From Escherichia coli (GTDB lineage Bacteria > Pseudomonadota > Gammaproteobacteria > Enterobacterales > Enterobacteriaceae), in the NCBI RefSeq assembly GCF_024223415.1, contig NZ_CP100500.1: 64,000 nucleotides of DNA. One strand, given 5' to 3'. The translations under genes were made by a program, and so were the position numbers. The notes under the pieces were generated by a model. That model searched no databases. It was not told the origin of the DNA and saw nothing but the letters and a program-made list of their open reading frames with translations. Positions 1 to 15,669 of the stretch are shown in pieces (positions within the stretch are counted from its first letter, which is position 1; every line of letters begins with the position of its first letter).

Positions 1-1404
1 GTGTCACTTTCGCTTTGGCAGCAGTGTCTTGCCCGATTGCAGGATGAGTTACCAGCCACAGAATTCAGTATGTGGATACGCCCATTGCAGGCGGAACTGA
101 GCGATAACACGCTGGCCCTGTACGCGCCAAACCGTTTTGTCCTCGATTGGGTACGGGACAAGTACCTTAATAATATCAATGGACTGCTAACCAGTTTCTG
201 CGGAGCGGATGCCCCACAGCTGCGTTTTGAAGTCGGCACCAAACCGGTGACGCAAACGCCACAAGCGGCAGTGACGAGCAACGTCGCGGCCCCTGCACAG
301 GTGGCGCAAACGCAGCCGCAACGTGCTGCGCCTTCTACGCGCTCAGGTTGGGATAACGTCCCGGCCCCGGCAGAACCGACCTATCGTTCTAACGTAAACG
401 TCAAACACACGTTTGATAACTTCGTTGAAGGTAAATCTAACCAACTGGCGCGCGCGGCGGCTCGCCAGGTGGCGGATAACCCTGGCGGTGCCTATAACCC
501 GTTGTTCCTTTATGGCGGCACGGGTCTGGGTAAAACTCACCTGCTGCATGCGGTGGGTAACGGCATTATGGCGCGCAAGCCGAATGCCAAAGTGGTTTAT
601 ATGCACTCCGAGCGCTTTGTTCAGGACATGGTTAAAGCCCTGCAAAACAACGCGATCGAAGAGTTTAAACGCTACTACCGTTCCGTAGATGCACTGCTGA
701 TCGACGATATTCAGTTTTTTGCTAATAAAGAACGATCTCAGGAAGAGTTTTTCCACACCTTCAACGCCCTGCTGGAAGGTAATCAACAGATCATTCTCAC
801 CTCGGATCGCTATCCGAAAGAGATCAACGGCGTTGAGGATCGTTTGAAATCCCGCTTCGGTTGGGGACTGACTGTGGCGATCGAACCGCCAGAGCTGGAA
901 ACCCGTGTGGCGATCCTGATGAAAAAGGCCGACGAAAACGACATTCGTTTGCCGGGCGAAGTGGCGTTCTTTATCGCCAAGCGTCTACGATCTAACGTAC
1001 GTGAGCTGGAAGGGGCGCTGAACCGCGTCATTGCCAATGCCAACTTTACCGGACGGGCGATCACCATCGACTTCGTGCGTGAGGCGCTGCGCGACTTGCT
1101 GGCATTGCAGGAAAAACTGGTCACCATCGACAATATTCAGAAGACGGTGGCGGAGTACTACAAGATCAAAGTCGCGGATCTCCTTTCCAAGCGTCGATCC
1201 CGCTCGGTGGCGCGTCCGCGCCAGATGGCGATGGCGCTGGCGAAAGAGCTGACTAACCACAGTCTGCCGGAGATTGGCGATGCGTTTGGTGGCCGTGACC
1301 ACACGACGGTGCTTCATGCCTGCCGTAAGATCGAGCAGTTGCGTGAAGAGAGCCACGATATCAAAGAAGATTTTTCAAATTTAATCAGAACATTGTCATC
1401 GTAA
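1..1404 (+). CDS. dnaA: Chromosomal replication initiator DnaA (467 aa, GTG start at window position 1)
   Basis: Translation has the AAA+ Walker A motif (GGTGLGKTH) and the C-terminal DNA-binding region typical of DnaA; followed by dnaN-recF-gyrB as in E. coli. Confidence 0.95.
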
Positions 1405-1408
1405 ACCT

Positions 1409-2508
1409 ATGAAATTTACCGTAGAACGTGAGCATTTATTAAAACCGCTACAACAGGTGAGCGGTCCGTTAGGTGGTCGTCCTACGCTACCGATTCTCGG
1501 TAATCTGCTGTTACAGGTTGCTGACGGTACGTTGTCGCTGACCGGTACTGATCTCGAGATGGAAATGGTGGCACGTGTTGCGCTGGTTCAGCCACACGAG
1601 CCAGGAGCGACGACCGTTCCGGCGCGCAAATTCTTTGATATCTGCCGTGGTCTGCCTGAAGGCGCGGAAATTGCCGTGCAGCTGGAAGGTGAACGGATGC
1701 TGGTACGCTCCGGGCGTAGCCGTTTTTCGCTGTCTACCCTGCCAGCGGCGGATTTCCCGAACCTCGATGACTGGCAGAGTGAAGTCGAATTTACCCTGCC
1801 GCAGGCAACGATGAAGCGTCTGATTGAAGCGACCCAGTTTTCTATGGCGCATCAGGACGTTCGCTATTACTTAAATGGTATGCTGTTTGAAACCGAAGGT
1901 GAAGAACTGCGCACCGTGGCAACCGACGGCCACCGTCTGGCGGTCTGTTCAATGCCAATTGGTCAATCTTTGCCAAGCCATTCGGTGATCGTACCGCGTA
2001 AAGGCGTGATTGAACTGATGCGTATGCTCGACGGCGGCGACAATCCGCTGCGCGTACAGATTGGCAGCAACAACATTCGCGCCCACGTTGGCGACTTTAT
2101 CTTCACCTCCAAACTGGTGGATGGTCGCTTCCCGGATTATCGCCGCGTTCTGCCGAAGAACCCGGACAAACATCTGGAAGCTGGCTGCGATCTGCTCAAG
2201 CAGGCGTTTGCTCGCGCGGCGATTCTCTCTAACGAGAAATTCCGCGGCGTACGTCTTTATGTCAGCGAAAACCAGCTGAAAATCACCGCCAACAACCCGG
2301 AACAGGAAGAAGCGGAAGAGATCCTCGACGTTACCTATAGCGGTGCGGAGATGGAAATCGGCTTCAACGTCAGTTATGTGCTGGATGTTCTGAACGCGCT
2401 GAAATGCGAAAACGTCCGCATGATGCTGACCGATTCGGTTTCCAGCGTGCAGATTGAAGATGCGGCCAGCCAGAGCGCGGCTTATGTTGTCATGCCAATG
2501 AGACTGTA

Positions 2509-2509
<1 letters not shown>
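1409..2509 (+). CDS. dnaN: DNA polymerase III beta sliding clamp (366 aa)
   Basis: Translation [21 protein letters not shown]... ends ...[10 protein letters not shown]; 4 nt after the dnaA stop. Confidence 0.95.
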
Positions 2510-6025
<3,516 letters not shown>

Positions 6026-6046
6026 TGGCGCTAACCATGCGAGCGT

Positions 6047-6145
6047 GCCTGATGCGCTACGCTTATCAGGCCTACGAAAATCTTGCAATGTATTGAATTT
6101 TCATGATTTTGTAGGCCGGATAAGGCGTTCACGCCGCATCCGGCA
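6047..6145. repeat. REP/BIME-type palindromic element (two REP-like palindromes)
   Basis: gcctgatgcgctacgcttatcaggcctac and gtaggccggataaggcgttcacgccgcatccggca match the enterobacterial REP pattern. Confidence 0.7.
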
Positions 6146-6159
6146 AGAAGCTATAAGAA

Positions 6160-6190
6160 AAGGGCGGAGATCATCTCCGCCCTTTTTATT
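6160..6190 (+). terminator. Rho-independent terminator after gyrB
   Basis: GC-rich inverted repeat agggcggagatcatctccgccct followed by a T-run. Confidence 0.7.
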
Positions 6191-6264
6191 TCTGCAATCC
6201 GCAATTATCATCCCGCAAATCTATACTTTTTGGGTCAACACGTAACGCTTTACAGGTGATTATC

Positions 6265-6663
6265 ATGGGGCTTTTTGATGAAGTTGTCGGTGCCTTTCTG
6301 AAAGGCGATGCGGGGAAATATCAGGCTATTTTAAGTTGGGTTGAGGAGCAGGGCGGCATTCAGGTGCTGCTGGAAAAACTGCAAAGTGGCGGCTTAGGGG
6401 CCATTCTCTCAACCTGGCTGAGTAATCAACAGGGCAATCAATCGGTTAGTGGCGAGCAACTGGAATCGGCGCTCGGCACAAATGCGGTGTCCGATCTCGG
6501 GCAAAAACTTGGCGTGGATACCAGTACAGCTTCCAGTTTACTGGCAGAACAATTGCCGAAGATTATTGATGCGCTCTCACCGCAAGGTGAAGTGTCACCA
6601 CAAGCCAATAACGATCTGCTTTCCGCAGGCATGGAACTGCTGAAAGGGAAACTCTTCCGCTAA
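6265..6663 (+). CDS. yidB: Uncharacterized protein YidB (DUF937-like, 132 aa)
   Basis: ORF at the conserved position after gyrB; start placed at MGLFDEVVG (track ORF starts 3 codons upstream at 6256). Confidence 0.8.
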   Translation: MGLFDEVVGAFLKGDAGKYQAILSWVEEQGGIQVLLEKLQSGGLGAILSTWLSNQQGNQSVSGEQLESALGTNAVSDLGQKLGVDTSTASSLLAEQLPKIIDALSPQGEVSPQANNDLLSAGMELLKGKLFR

Positions 6664-6777
6664 GCAAAAAGGGAGCACGCAACGCGCGTTGCATCCCCCT
6701 TTTCCCTCGGGTGTTGTACTGATTTTTGAGCGGAATCGCGTTAGCATGGGTCAGGAACCAATCTACCTGGGGAACTC

Positions 6778-7590
6778 ATGGCTATTAAACTCATTGCTAT
6801 CGATATGGATGGCACCCTTCTGCTGCCCGATCACACCATTTCACCCGCCGTTAAAAATGCGATTGCCGCAGCTCGCGCCCGTGGCGTGAATGTCGTGCTA
6901 ACGACGGGTCGCCCGTATGCAGGTGTGCACAACTACCTGAAAGAGCTGCATATGGAACAGCCGGGCGACTACTGCATTACTTATAACGGCGCGCTGGTAC
7001 AGAAGGCCGCTGATGGTAGCACCGTGGCGCAAACTGCTCTCAGCTATGACGACTATCGTTTCCTGGAAAAACTCTCTCGCGAAGTCGGTTCTCATTTCCA
7101 CGCCCTGGACCGCACCACGCTGTACACCGCCAACCGTGATATCAGCTACTACACGGTGCATGAATCCTTCGTTGCCACCATTCCGCTGGTGTTCTGCGAA
7201 GCGGAGAAAATGGACCCCAATACCCAGTTCCTGAAAGTGATGATGATTGATGAACCCGCCATCCTCGACCAGGCTATCGCGCGTATTCCGCAGGAAGTGA
7301 AAGAGAAATATACCGTGCTGAAAAGTGCGCCGTACTTCCTCGAAATCCTCGATAAACGCGTTAACAAAGGTACGGGGGTGAAATCACTGGCCGACGTGTT
7401 AGGTATTAAACCGGAAGAAATCATGGCGATTGGCGATCAGGAAAACGATATCGCAATGATTGAATATGCAGGCGTCGGTGTGGCGATGGATAACGCTATT
7501 CCTTCAGTGAAAGAAGTGGCGAACTTTGTCACCAAATCTAACCTTGAAGATGGCGTGGCGTTTGCTATTGAGAAGTATGTGCTGAATTAA
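6778..7590 (+). CDS. yidA: HAD-family sugar phosphatase YidA (270 aa)
   Basis: N-terminal DxD motif (IAIDMDGTLL), the HAD Cof-type hallmark; synteny. Confidence 0.85.
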   Translation: MAIKLIAIDMDGTLLLPDHTISPAVKNAIAAARARGVNVVLTTGRPYAGVHNYLKELHMEQPGDYCITYNGALVQKAADGSTVAQTALSYDDYRFLEKLSREVGSHFHALDRTTLYTANRDISYYTVHESFVATIPLVFCEAEKMDPNTQFLKVMMIDEPAILDQAIARIPQEVKEKYTVLKSAPYFLEILDKRVNKGTGVKSLADVLGIKPEEIMAIGDQENDIAMIEYAGVGVAMDNAIPSVKEVANFVTKSNLEDGVAFAIEKYVLN

Positions 7591-7595
7591 TCTGT

Positions 7596-7628
7596 GGGCG
7601 GGCAAACAGCATAAACGCGTTTGCCCGC
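7596..7628. terminator. Bidirectional rho-independent terminator between convergent yidA and yidX
   Basis: Inverted repeat gggcgggcaaac...gtttgcccgc with flanking A/T runs. Confidence 0.6.
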
Positions 7629-7635
7629 TTACTGA

Positions 7636-8292
7636 TTATTGGTTTACTGCATATACAACCAGAAATTGCAGCGGTGCAGTAATGATGTCCAGCGTAACAG
7701 TCACTGGCAGTAATGCTGCGGAAACACCATCCGGAATGCCTCTGGGTGAATAGTATTCATAAAATCGCACTTTAAATGGATGGTAGAACGCCATCACCTT
7801 TGAGTAATCCATGTTTTTATTTTTCTCATGGATTGTGCCTTTTAGGTTTTCCAGTGACCTGGTACAGTGTTGAACACCACAGGCAAAACCATAATGCGTT
7901 GCCAGTGCCTTTTCTTCTTCGTTATTCCAGTAGTAGTAAAGCGATATTGTGCCGGTAAATTTCTTTTTCCCCGCATTTAAAACAAATCTTGCGTCATCGG
8001 CAACCTGAATATTGTGCCGGTTAAGTGCTGGATCATTGAGCATCTTAACGATGTCATCGGCACCATCAGTGATAAGGTAATCCAGCGATTCCCCTACAAA
8101 AACATAGCCTTTTGTTCCATTACTATCTTTTGCCTGCGATAGCCCAGTGATGGTGTCTGACTGCGATTGATACTTTCCTGAACTACCCTTTGCGGTATGG
8201 GAAACCAGAGCATACGAGATACAGCCTGAAAGCATCAGCGCCAGTGGGAATAAACCGGCAGCCTTAAAAAATCCCTTAAAATTCAACTTCAT
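7636..8292 (-). CDS. yidX: Putative lipoprotein YidX (218 aa)
   Basis: Signal peptide plus lipobox (LALMLSGC) from [14 protein letters not shown]; the longer 257-aa track ORF has no support for its N-terminal extension. Confidence 0.75.
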
Positions 8293-8569
8293 GATTAATC
8301 CTTTAAACGAGTAGCTAAGCCGTTGAAAGCATACTCTTCTTTCCCTCCTGTTTAGCGCCTGATATCCCTTTTCAGATTTCTGCCCGACGCATGTCATTTT
8401 TTTATGCATTGTTCTTTTTGTGATCTAAATTGTAGTACAACAATATAATTTTGTACTACATTACACACACAGCAAACGCGAACGTCATCACGCTGGTACT
8501 ACAAAGTTGCCGTGTTATGCATCGATCGGGGTAAAGTAGAGAAGAACATACAGAGCACAAGGACTCTCC

Positions 8570-9259
8570 ATGACTCTCAATAAAACCGATCGCATTGTCA
8601 TTACGCTGGGTAAACAGATCGTTCACGGCAAATACGTACCTGGCTCGCCACTTCCGGCTGAGGCGGAGCTCTGTGAAGAGTTTGCAACCTCGCGCAACAT
8701 CATCCGTGAGGTGTTCCGTTCGCTGATGGCGAAGCGGCTGATTGAAATGAAACGTTATCGCGGGGCGTTTGTGGCTCCGCGTAACCAGTGGAATTACCTC
8801 GACACTGACGTACTGCAATGGGTGCTGGAAAACGACTATGACCCACGGCTTATCAGTGCCATGAGCGAAGTGCGAAATCTGGTGGAACCGGCGATTGCCC
8901 GTTGGGCAGCAGAGCGCGCGACTTCCAGCGATCTGGCGCAGATTGAATCGGCGCTGAACGAGATGATTGCCAACAATCAGGACCGCGAAGCGTTTAACGA
9001 AGCGGATATTCGCTACCACGAGGCGGTGTTGCAGTCGGTGCATAACCCGGTGTTACAGCAACTTAGCATTGCGATCAGTTCGCTGCAGCGGGCGGTTTTT
9101 GAACGAACCTGGATGGGCGATGAGGCCAACATGCCGCAAACGCTCCAGGAACATAAGGCGCTGTTCGATGCGATACGGCATCAGGACGGCGATGCGGCAG
9201 AGCAGGCGGCGCTTACCATGATCGCCAGCTCTACACGAAGGTTAAAGGAAATCACATGA
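8570..9259 (+). CDS. dgoR: GntR/FadR-family transcriptional repressor of the D-galactonate operon (229 aa)
   Basis: N-terminal wHTH of GntR type; first gene of a dgoRKADT-like cluster. Confidence 0.85.
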   Translation: MTLNKTDRIVITLGKQIVHGKYVPGSPLPAEAELCEEFATSRNIIREVFRSLMAKRLIEMKRYRGAFVAPRNQWNYLDTDVLQWVLENDYDPRLISAMSEVRNLVEPAIARWAAERATSSDLAQIESALNEMIANNQDREAFNEADIRYHEAVLQSVHNPVLQQLSIAISSLQRAVFERTWMGDEANMPQTLQEHKALFDAIRHQDGDAAEQAALTMIASSTRRLKEIT

Positions 9260-10134
9260 CAGCTCGCTACATCGCAATTGACTGGGGATCGACCAATCTG
9301 CGCGCCTGGCTTTATCAGGGCGACCACTGCCTGGAGAGCAGGCAATCAGAAGCAGGCGTCACGCGCCTGAACGGAAAATCTCCGGCTGCGGTGTTAGCAG
9401 AAGTCACGACCGACTGGCGTGAAGAGAATACGCCAGTGGTAATGGCAGGAATGGTCGGCAGCAATGTCGGCTGGAAAGTTGCTCCGTATTTATCTGTTCC
9501 TGCCCGTTTTTCGTCTATTGGCGAACAATTAACGTCTGTTGGCGACAATATCTGGATTATTCCCGGATTATGTGTCTCTCATGACGATAACCACAATGTG
9601 ATGCGCGGCGAAGAAACACAATTGATCGGCGCGCGAGCTCTGGCTCCTTCCTCTCTTTATGTCATGCCCGGAACCCATTGCAAATGGGTGCAGGCCGATA
9701 GCCAGCAAATCAACGATTTTCGCACCGTGATGACCGGTGAATTACATCATTTACTGTTAAATCACTCATTGATTGGCGCAGGTTTGCCGCCGCAGGAAAA
9801 CTCTGCCGATGCCTTCGCGGCTGGTCTTGAGCGTGGTCTTAATACGCCCGCCATATTGCCGCAGCTTTTTGAAGTTCGCGCCTCGCATGTGCTGGGAACA
9901 CTTCCCCGCGAACAGGTCAGCGAATTTCTCTCTGGTTTGTTGATTGGCGCAGAGGTCGCCAGTATGCGCGACTATGTGGCCCATCAACACGCCATCACCC
10001 TTGTCGCCGGAACATCGCTGACCGCGCGCTACCAGCAAGCCTTTCAGGCGATGGGTTGCGACGTGACGGCGGTGGCGGGCGACACGGCATTTCAGGCTGG
10101 TATAAGGAGCATCGCTCATGCAGTGGCAAACTAA
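9256..10134 (+). CDS. dgoK: 2-dehydro-3-deoxygalactonokinase (292 aa)
   Basis: Overlapping start/stop with dgoR; position in the dgo operon. Confidence 0.85.
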   Translation: MTARYIAIDWGSTNLRAWLYQGDHCLESRQSEAGVTRLNGKSPAAVLAEVTTDWREENTPVVMAGMVGSNVGWKVAPYLSVPARFSSIGEQLTSVGDNIWIIPGLCVSHDDNHNVMRGEETQLIGARALAPSSLYVMPGTHCKWVQADSQQINDFRTVMTGELHHLLLNHSLIGAGLPPQENSADAFAAGLERGLNTPAILPQLFEVRASHVLGTLPREQVSEFLSGLLIGAEVASMRDYVAHQHAITLVAGTSLTARYQQAFQAMGCDVTAVAGDTAFQAGIRSIAHAVAN

Positions 10135-10735
10135 ACTCCCGCTGATCGCCATTTTGCGCGGTATTACGCCCGACGAGGCGCTGGCGCATGTTGGCGCGGT
10201 GATTGACGCCGGGTTCGACGCGGTTGAAATCCCGCTGAATTCCCCACAATGGGAGCAAAGCATTCCCGCCATCGTTGATGCGTACGGCGACAAGGCGTTG
10301 ATTGGCGCAGGTACGGTACTGAAACCTGAACAGGTCGATGCGCTCGCCAGGATGGGCTGTCAGCTCATCGTTACGCCCAATATCCATAGTGAAGTGATCC
10401 GCCGTGCGGTGGGCTACGGCATGACCGTCTGCCCCGGCTGCGCGACGGCGACCGAAGCCTTTACCGCGCTCGAAGCGGGCGCGCAGGCGCTGAAAATATT
10501 TCCGTCATCGGCTTTTGGTCCGCAATACATCAAAGCGTTAAAAGCGGTATTGCCATCGGACATCGCAGTCTTTGCCGTTGGCGGCGTGACGCCAGAAAAC
10601 CTGGCGCAGTGGATAGACGCAGGTTGTGCAGGGGCGGGCTTAGGCAGCGATCTCTATCGCGCCGGGCAATCCGTAGAGCGCACCGCGCAGCAGGCAGCAG
10701 CATTTGTTAAGGCGTATCGAGAGGCAGTGCAATGA
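10118..10735 (+). CDS. dgoA: 2-dehydro-3-deoxy-6-phosphogalactonate aldolase (205 aa)
   Basis: KDPG-aldolase-like translation; overlaps dgoK end and dgoD start. Confidence 0.85.
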
Positions 10736-11880
10736 AAATCACCAAAATTACCACGTATCGTTTACCTCCCCGCTGGATGTTCCTGAAAATTGAAACCGAT
10801 GAAGGCGTGGTCGGTTGGGGCGAGCCCGTGATCGAAGGCCGCGCCCGTACGGTGGAAGCGGCAGTTCACGAGCTGGGTGACTATTTGATTGGTCAGGATC
10901 CATCGCGCATCAATGACTTATGGCAAGTGATGTATCGCGCCGGATTCTATCGCGGCGGTCCGATCCTGATGAGCGCCATCGCCGGGATTGACCAGGCATT
11001 ATGGGATATCAAAGGTAAAGTGCTGAATGCGCCGGTCTGGCAACTGATGGGCGGCCTGGTTCGCGACAAAATTAAAGCCTACAGTTGGGTTGGCGGCGAT
11101 CGTCCGGCGGATGTTATCGACGGCATTAAAACGCTACGCGAAATCGGCTTCGATACCTTCAAACTGAACGGTTGTGAAGAACTGGGGCTAATTGATAACT
11201 CCCGCGCGGTAGATGCGGCGGTTAACACCGTGGCACAAATTCGTGAAGCTTTTGGCAATCAGATTGAGTTTGGTCTTGATTTCCACGGTCGCGTCAGCGC
11301 GCCGATGGCGAAAGTGCTGATTAAAGAACTGGAGCCGTATCGCCCGCTGTTTATTGAGGAGCCGGTGCTGGCGGAACAAGCCGAATACTACCCGAAACTG
11401 GCGGCACAAACGCATATTCCACTGGCGGCGGGTGAACGCATGTTCTCACGCTTCGATTTTAAACGCGTGCTGGAGGCAGGCGGTATTTCGATTCTGCAAC
11501 CGGATCTCTCCCACGCGGGCGGTATTACCGAATGCTACAAAATCGCCGGAATGGCAGAAGCCTATGACGTGACCCTTGCGCCGCACTGTCCGCTCGGACC
11601 GATTGCACTGGCGGCTTGCCTGCATATCGACTTTGTTTCCTATAACGCCGTACTTCAGGAACAAAGTATGGGAATTCATTACAACAAAGGCGCGGAGTTA
11701 CTCGACTTTGTGAAAAACAAAGAAGACTTCAGCATGGTCGGCGGCTTCTTTAAACCGTTAACGAAACCGGGCTTAGGCGTGGAAATCGACGAAGCTAAAG
11801 TGATTGAGTTCAGTAAAAATGCCCCGGACTGGCGTAATCCGCTCTGGCGTCATGAAGATAACAGCGTAGCAGAGTGGTAA
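10732..11880 (+). CDS. dgoD: D-galactonate dehydratase, enolase superfamily (382 aa)
   Basis: Translation [32 protein letters not shown]... is typical of mandelate racemase/enolase-family dehydratases. Confidence 0.9.
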
Positions 11881-11999
11881 TTCCTGCCACGTAAGCCCCT
11901 CATCGGGCACTAAAACAGCAATACAAAAATATAACCCTCTGTAAATTACAGGGCATGGTGAGCGGCTTCGCTATGCCCAAAATCTGGAGAAAGCTCGCT

Positions 12000-13292
12000 A
12001 TGGATATTCCCGTTAATGCAGCAAAGCCGGGGCGTCGGCGTTATCTGACGCTGGTGATGATCTTTATTACGGTGGTCATTTGTTATGTTGACCGCGCTAA
12101 CCTGGCCGTGGCTTCCGCCCATATTCAGGAAGAGTTCGGCATTACGAAAGCGGAAATGGGCTATGTATTTTCGGCCTTCGCCTGGCTTTATACGCTATGC
12201 CAGATCCCCGGCGGTTGGTTTTTAGATCGCGTAGGTTCTCGCGTGACTTATTTTATTGCGATATTTGGTTGGTCAGTGGCGACTTTATTCCAGGGCTTTG
12301 CCACGGGATTAATGTCATTAATTGGTCTGCGTGCGATAACCGGTATTTTCGAAGCGCCCGCTTTCCCGACCAATAACCGGATGGTGACCAGCTGGTTCCC
12401 GGAACATGAACGCGCTTCCGCCGTTGGTTTTTATACGTCTGGTCAGTTTGTCGGTCTGGCGTTTTTGACTCCGCTGCTGATCTGGATTCAGGAGATGTTG
12501 AGCTGGCACTGGGTGTTCATTGTCACTGGTGGTATCGGCATTATCTGGTCGCTGATTTGGTTTAAGGTTTATCAGCCGCCGCGCCTGACCAAAGGTATCA
12601 GCAAAGCTGAACTGGATTACATTCGTGATGGCGGCGGTCTGGTGGATGGTGATGCGCCGGTGAAGAAAGAGGCGCGTCAGCCGTTAACAGCCAAAGACTG
12701 GAAACTGGTGTTCCATCGTAAACTGATCGGCGTTTATCTTGGGCAATTTGCGGTGGCTTCTACACTGTGGTTTTTCTTAACCTGGTTCCCGAACTATTTA
12801 ACCCAGGAAAAAGGAATCACGGCGCTGAAAGCAGGCTTTATGACCACGGTGCCATTCCTCGCGGCGTTTGTCGGCGTCCTGCTCTCTGGCTGGGTCGCGG
12901 ATCTGCTGGTACGTAAGGGCTTTTCACTGGGCTTTGCGCGTAAAACGCCGATTATCTGCGGCTTGCTGATCTCCACCTGCATTATGGGCGCTAACTACAC
13001 CAACGATCCGATGATGATTATGTGCCTGATGGCGCTGGCATTCTTCGGCAACGGTTTTGCTTCGATTACCTGGTCGCTGGTCTCTTCTCTGGCACCGATG
13101 CGCCTGATTGGTTTAACCGGCGGCGTGTTTAACTTCGCCGGTGGTCTGGGCGGCATCACCGTTCCGCTGGTGGTGGGGTACCTGGCGCAGGGTTACGGTT
13201 TCGCACCTGCACTGGTTTATATCTCCGCCGTCGCGTTGATTGGCGCGCTCTCTTACATCCTGCTGGTGGGCGATGTGAAGCGCGTTGGCTAA
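12000..13292 (+). CDS. dgoT: D-galactonate:H+ symporter, MFS (430 aa)
   Basis: Multi-TM MFS translation; start placed at [16 protein letters not shown] (track ORF starts 15 codons upstream). Confidence 0.85.
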
Positions 13293-14353
13293 TCTTTCAA
13301 CTGTGGAATATGCGCCATACCACTGCGCATAATCCACTTTCTTAAAGCCGGTGCGGTCAGGCATCGGCTTTTTACTATCTTGCCGAAGAGTTTTAAACGC
13401 AGTTTGCGGGTGGCGCGCCAGTAAGCGGTATTGAGCTTCTCTGGCTGCTTCAGTAACACCGCACGCAGAATGTCTGCGCTATCCAGCGCATAGCTAATCC
13501 CCTCCAGCGAACTGGCGCTGATAAATCCTGCCGCTTCGCCAATCAGAAAGGCGTTGTCCTTACCGCAGACAAAATCCTGCCAGCGTGAGGGAAACAGCAC
13601 CGTGCATTTTTCGCTTTTCACCGCCTTACCAAACTGGAACTGAAAGGCGCTCATTTTCTCTTTCAGCGTCGTGAAACGCGTCTGACCGTCTTTCATTGGA
13701 TAAGCACCGCCAAAGATAAAATAACCGTCTTTGCTGATACTCCATGAATAACAGTTAGTTATCGAATTATCAAAGATGCAGGAGTAGAACGGCACCGGAT
13801 GTTTCTCCGCGAACCACTGCTGGATAGCGACATATTTACGGATTTGATGATCCGGGTAGAGATGTCGCCGCACCATCGAGTTTGCGCCATCGGCACCGAC
13901 CAGATAGCGGGCGGTAATATGTTGCTCCCAGCCGTCTGCACGAAAAATGACATGCCATTTATCATCCTCACGCCAGATTTTTCGGCACAGGCTATCGTGA
14001 TAAACCTCAACGCTGGTGGGGATCAGCGATTTCATCCACAAGTCGAAAGCATGGCGATTAATATTGATATAGCTTCGCTGGTAGTTACGCGTGAGCGATG
14101 CGGCGACGTCGACAGTTTTGACGCTGAAAATCTGTGGATTGGCGATCACATCGACAGGAAGCGTCAGTCCATCGCGAATAAAAGATCGCTGCGCGTCCGG
14201 TGCCAGCAGACCGCCGCAAGGTTTGCTGAAACCTTCAGTACCACACTGGTGCTTTTTATCCAGCGCGATCACCTGCATTTTGCCTGCTAATTTTCGCGCC
14301 AACGCCGATCCTGCCGGGCCGAGGCCAATAATCGCCACGTCGAAATGTTCCAT
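13289..14353 (-). CDS. cbrA: FAD-dependent oxidoreductase CbrA/YidS (354 aa)
   Basis: N-terminal Rossmann FAD motif ([14 protein letters not shown]); convergent with dgoT, stops overlap. Confidence 0.8.
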
Positions 14354-14417
14354 CTTTTCACTCACATTCATCACGATGGCAAAAGACTATTGTCTGAAAG
14401 TGAAGTCCTTGTGAAGT

Positions 14418-15668
14418 ATGATGGTGGGACCCGTTTTGTATCAGGACCGCGCCATGAAACAGATAACCTTTGCTCCCCGTAATCACCTGCTCACCAATAC
14501 CAATACCTGGACGCCCGACAGCCAGTGGCTGGTATTTGACGTGCGTCCTTCTGGGGCGTCGTTTACCGGCGAGACCATTGAGCGTGTGAATATCCATACC
14601 GGCGAGGTCGAGGTTATCTATCGCGCGTCACAGGGCGCACACGTCGGCGTGGTGACCGTTCATCCGAAGTCAGAGAAATATGTTTTCATCCATGGCCCGG
14701 AAAATCCTGATGAAACATGGCATTACGATTTCCATCATCGACGCGGAGTCATTGCTGAAGGCGGCAAGGTGAGCAATCTCGATGCAATGGATATTACCGC
14801 GCCGTATACGCCAGGAGCGCTGCGCGGCGGCAGCCATGTGCATGTCTTTAGCCCGAACGGTGAAAGGGTGAGCTTTACCTATAACGACCATGTAATGCAT
14901 GAACTCGATCCGGCGCTGGATTTGCGAAACGTCGGTGTTGCTGCGCCGTTTGGCCCGGTCAACGTACAAAAGCAGCATCCGCGTGAATACAGCGGTAGCC
15001 ACTGGTGCGTGCTGGTGAGTAAAACCACGCCCACGCCGCAGCCTGGCAGCGATGAAATCAATCGTGCTTATGAAGAAGGATGGGTAGGAAATCACGCGCT
15101 GGCGTTTATTGGCGACACACTTTCGCCAAAGGGCGAGAAAGTGCCGGAGCTGTTTATCGTTGAGTTACCGCAAGATGAAGCTGGCTGGAAAGCGGCAGGT
15201 GATGCGCCGTTAAGTGGAACGGAAACCACCCTGCCCGCGCCACCGCGCGGCGTCGTGCAGCGACGTTTAACCTTTACCCACCATCGGGCTTATCCGGGGT
15301 TAGTCAACGTCCCGCGCCACTGGGTGCGCTGTAATCCGCAGGGTACGCAAATCGCGTTTTTAATGCGTGATGATAACGGCATTGTGCAACTGTGGCTTAT
15401 CTCGCCACAGGGCGGCGAGCCGCGCCAGTTAACCCATAACAAAACGGATATTCAGTCTGCATTTAACTGGCATCCGTCAGGAGAATGGTTGGGCTTTGTG
15501 CTGGATAATCGAATTGCTTGTGCCCATGCGCAAAGCGGCGAGGTTGAGTATTTAACCGAAAACCACGCCAATCCACCTTCTGCGGACGCCGTGGTCTTCT
15601 CGCCGGATGGTCAGTGGCTGGCGTGGATGGAAGGCGGCCAGCTGTGGATCACCGAAACTGATCGCTAA
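14418..15668 (+). CDS. yidR: Uncharacterized protein YidR (start uncertain; 14454 is an alternative)
   Basis: Long ORF at the conserved position; function unknown. Confidence 0.75.
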   Translation: MMVGPVLYQDRAMKQITFAPRNHLLTNTNTWTPDSQWLVFDVRPSGASFTGETIERVNIHTGEVEVIYRASQGAHVGVVTVHPKSEKYVFIHGPENPDETWHYDFHHRRGVIAEGGKVSNLDAMDITAPYTPGALRGGSHVHVFSPNGERVSFTYNDHVMHELDPALDLRNVGVAAPFGPVNVQKQHPREYSGSHWCVLVSKTTPTPQPGSDEINRAYEEGWVGNHALAFIGDTLSPKGEKVPELFIVELPQDEAGWKAAGDAPLSGTETTLPAPPRGVVQRRLTFTHHRAYPGLVNVPRHWVRCNPQGTQIAFLMRDDNGIVQLWLISPQGGEPRQLTHNKTDIQSAFNWHPSGEWLGFVLDNRIACAHAQSGEVEYLTENHANPPSADAVVFSPDGQWLAWMEGGQLWITETDR

Positions 15669-15669
15669 A

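Noticed and set aside
1-1404. dnaA promoter, DnaA boxes or oriC
   Set aside because: The window starts exactly at the dnaA start codon, so upstream control elements are outside it; no DnaA-box cluster resembling oriC was seen.
7636-8409. Extended 257-aa version of yidX
   Set aside because: The N-terminal 39 codons precede a good signal-peptide/lipobox start and have no support; the shorter form is preferred.
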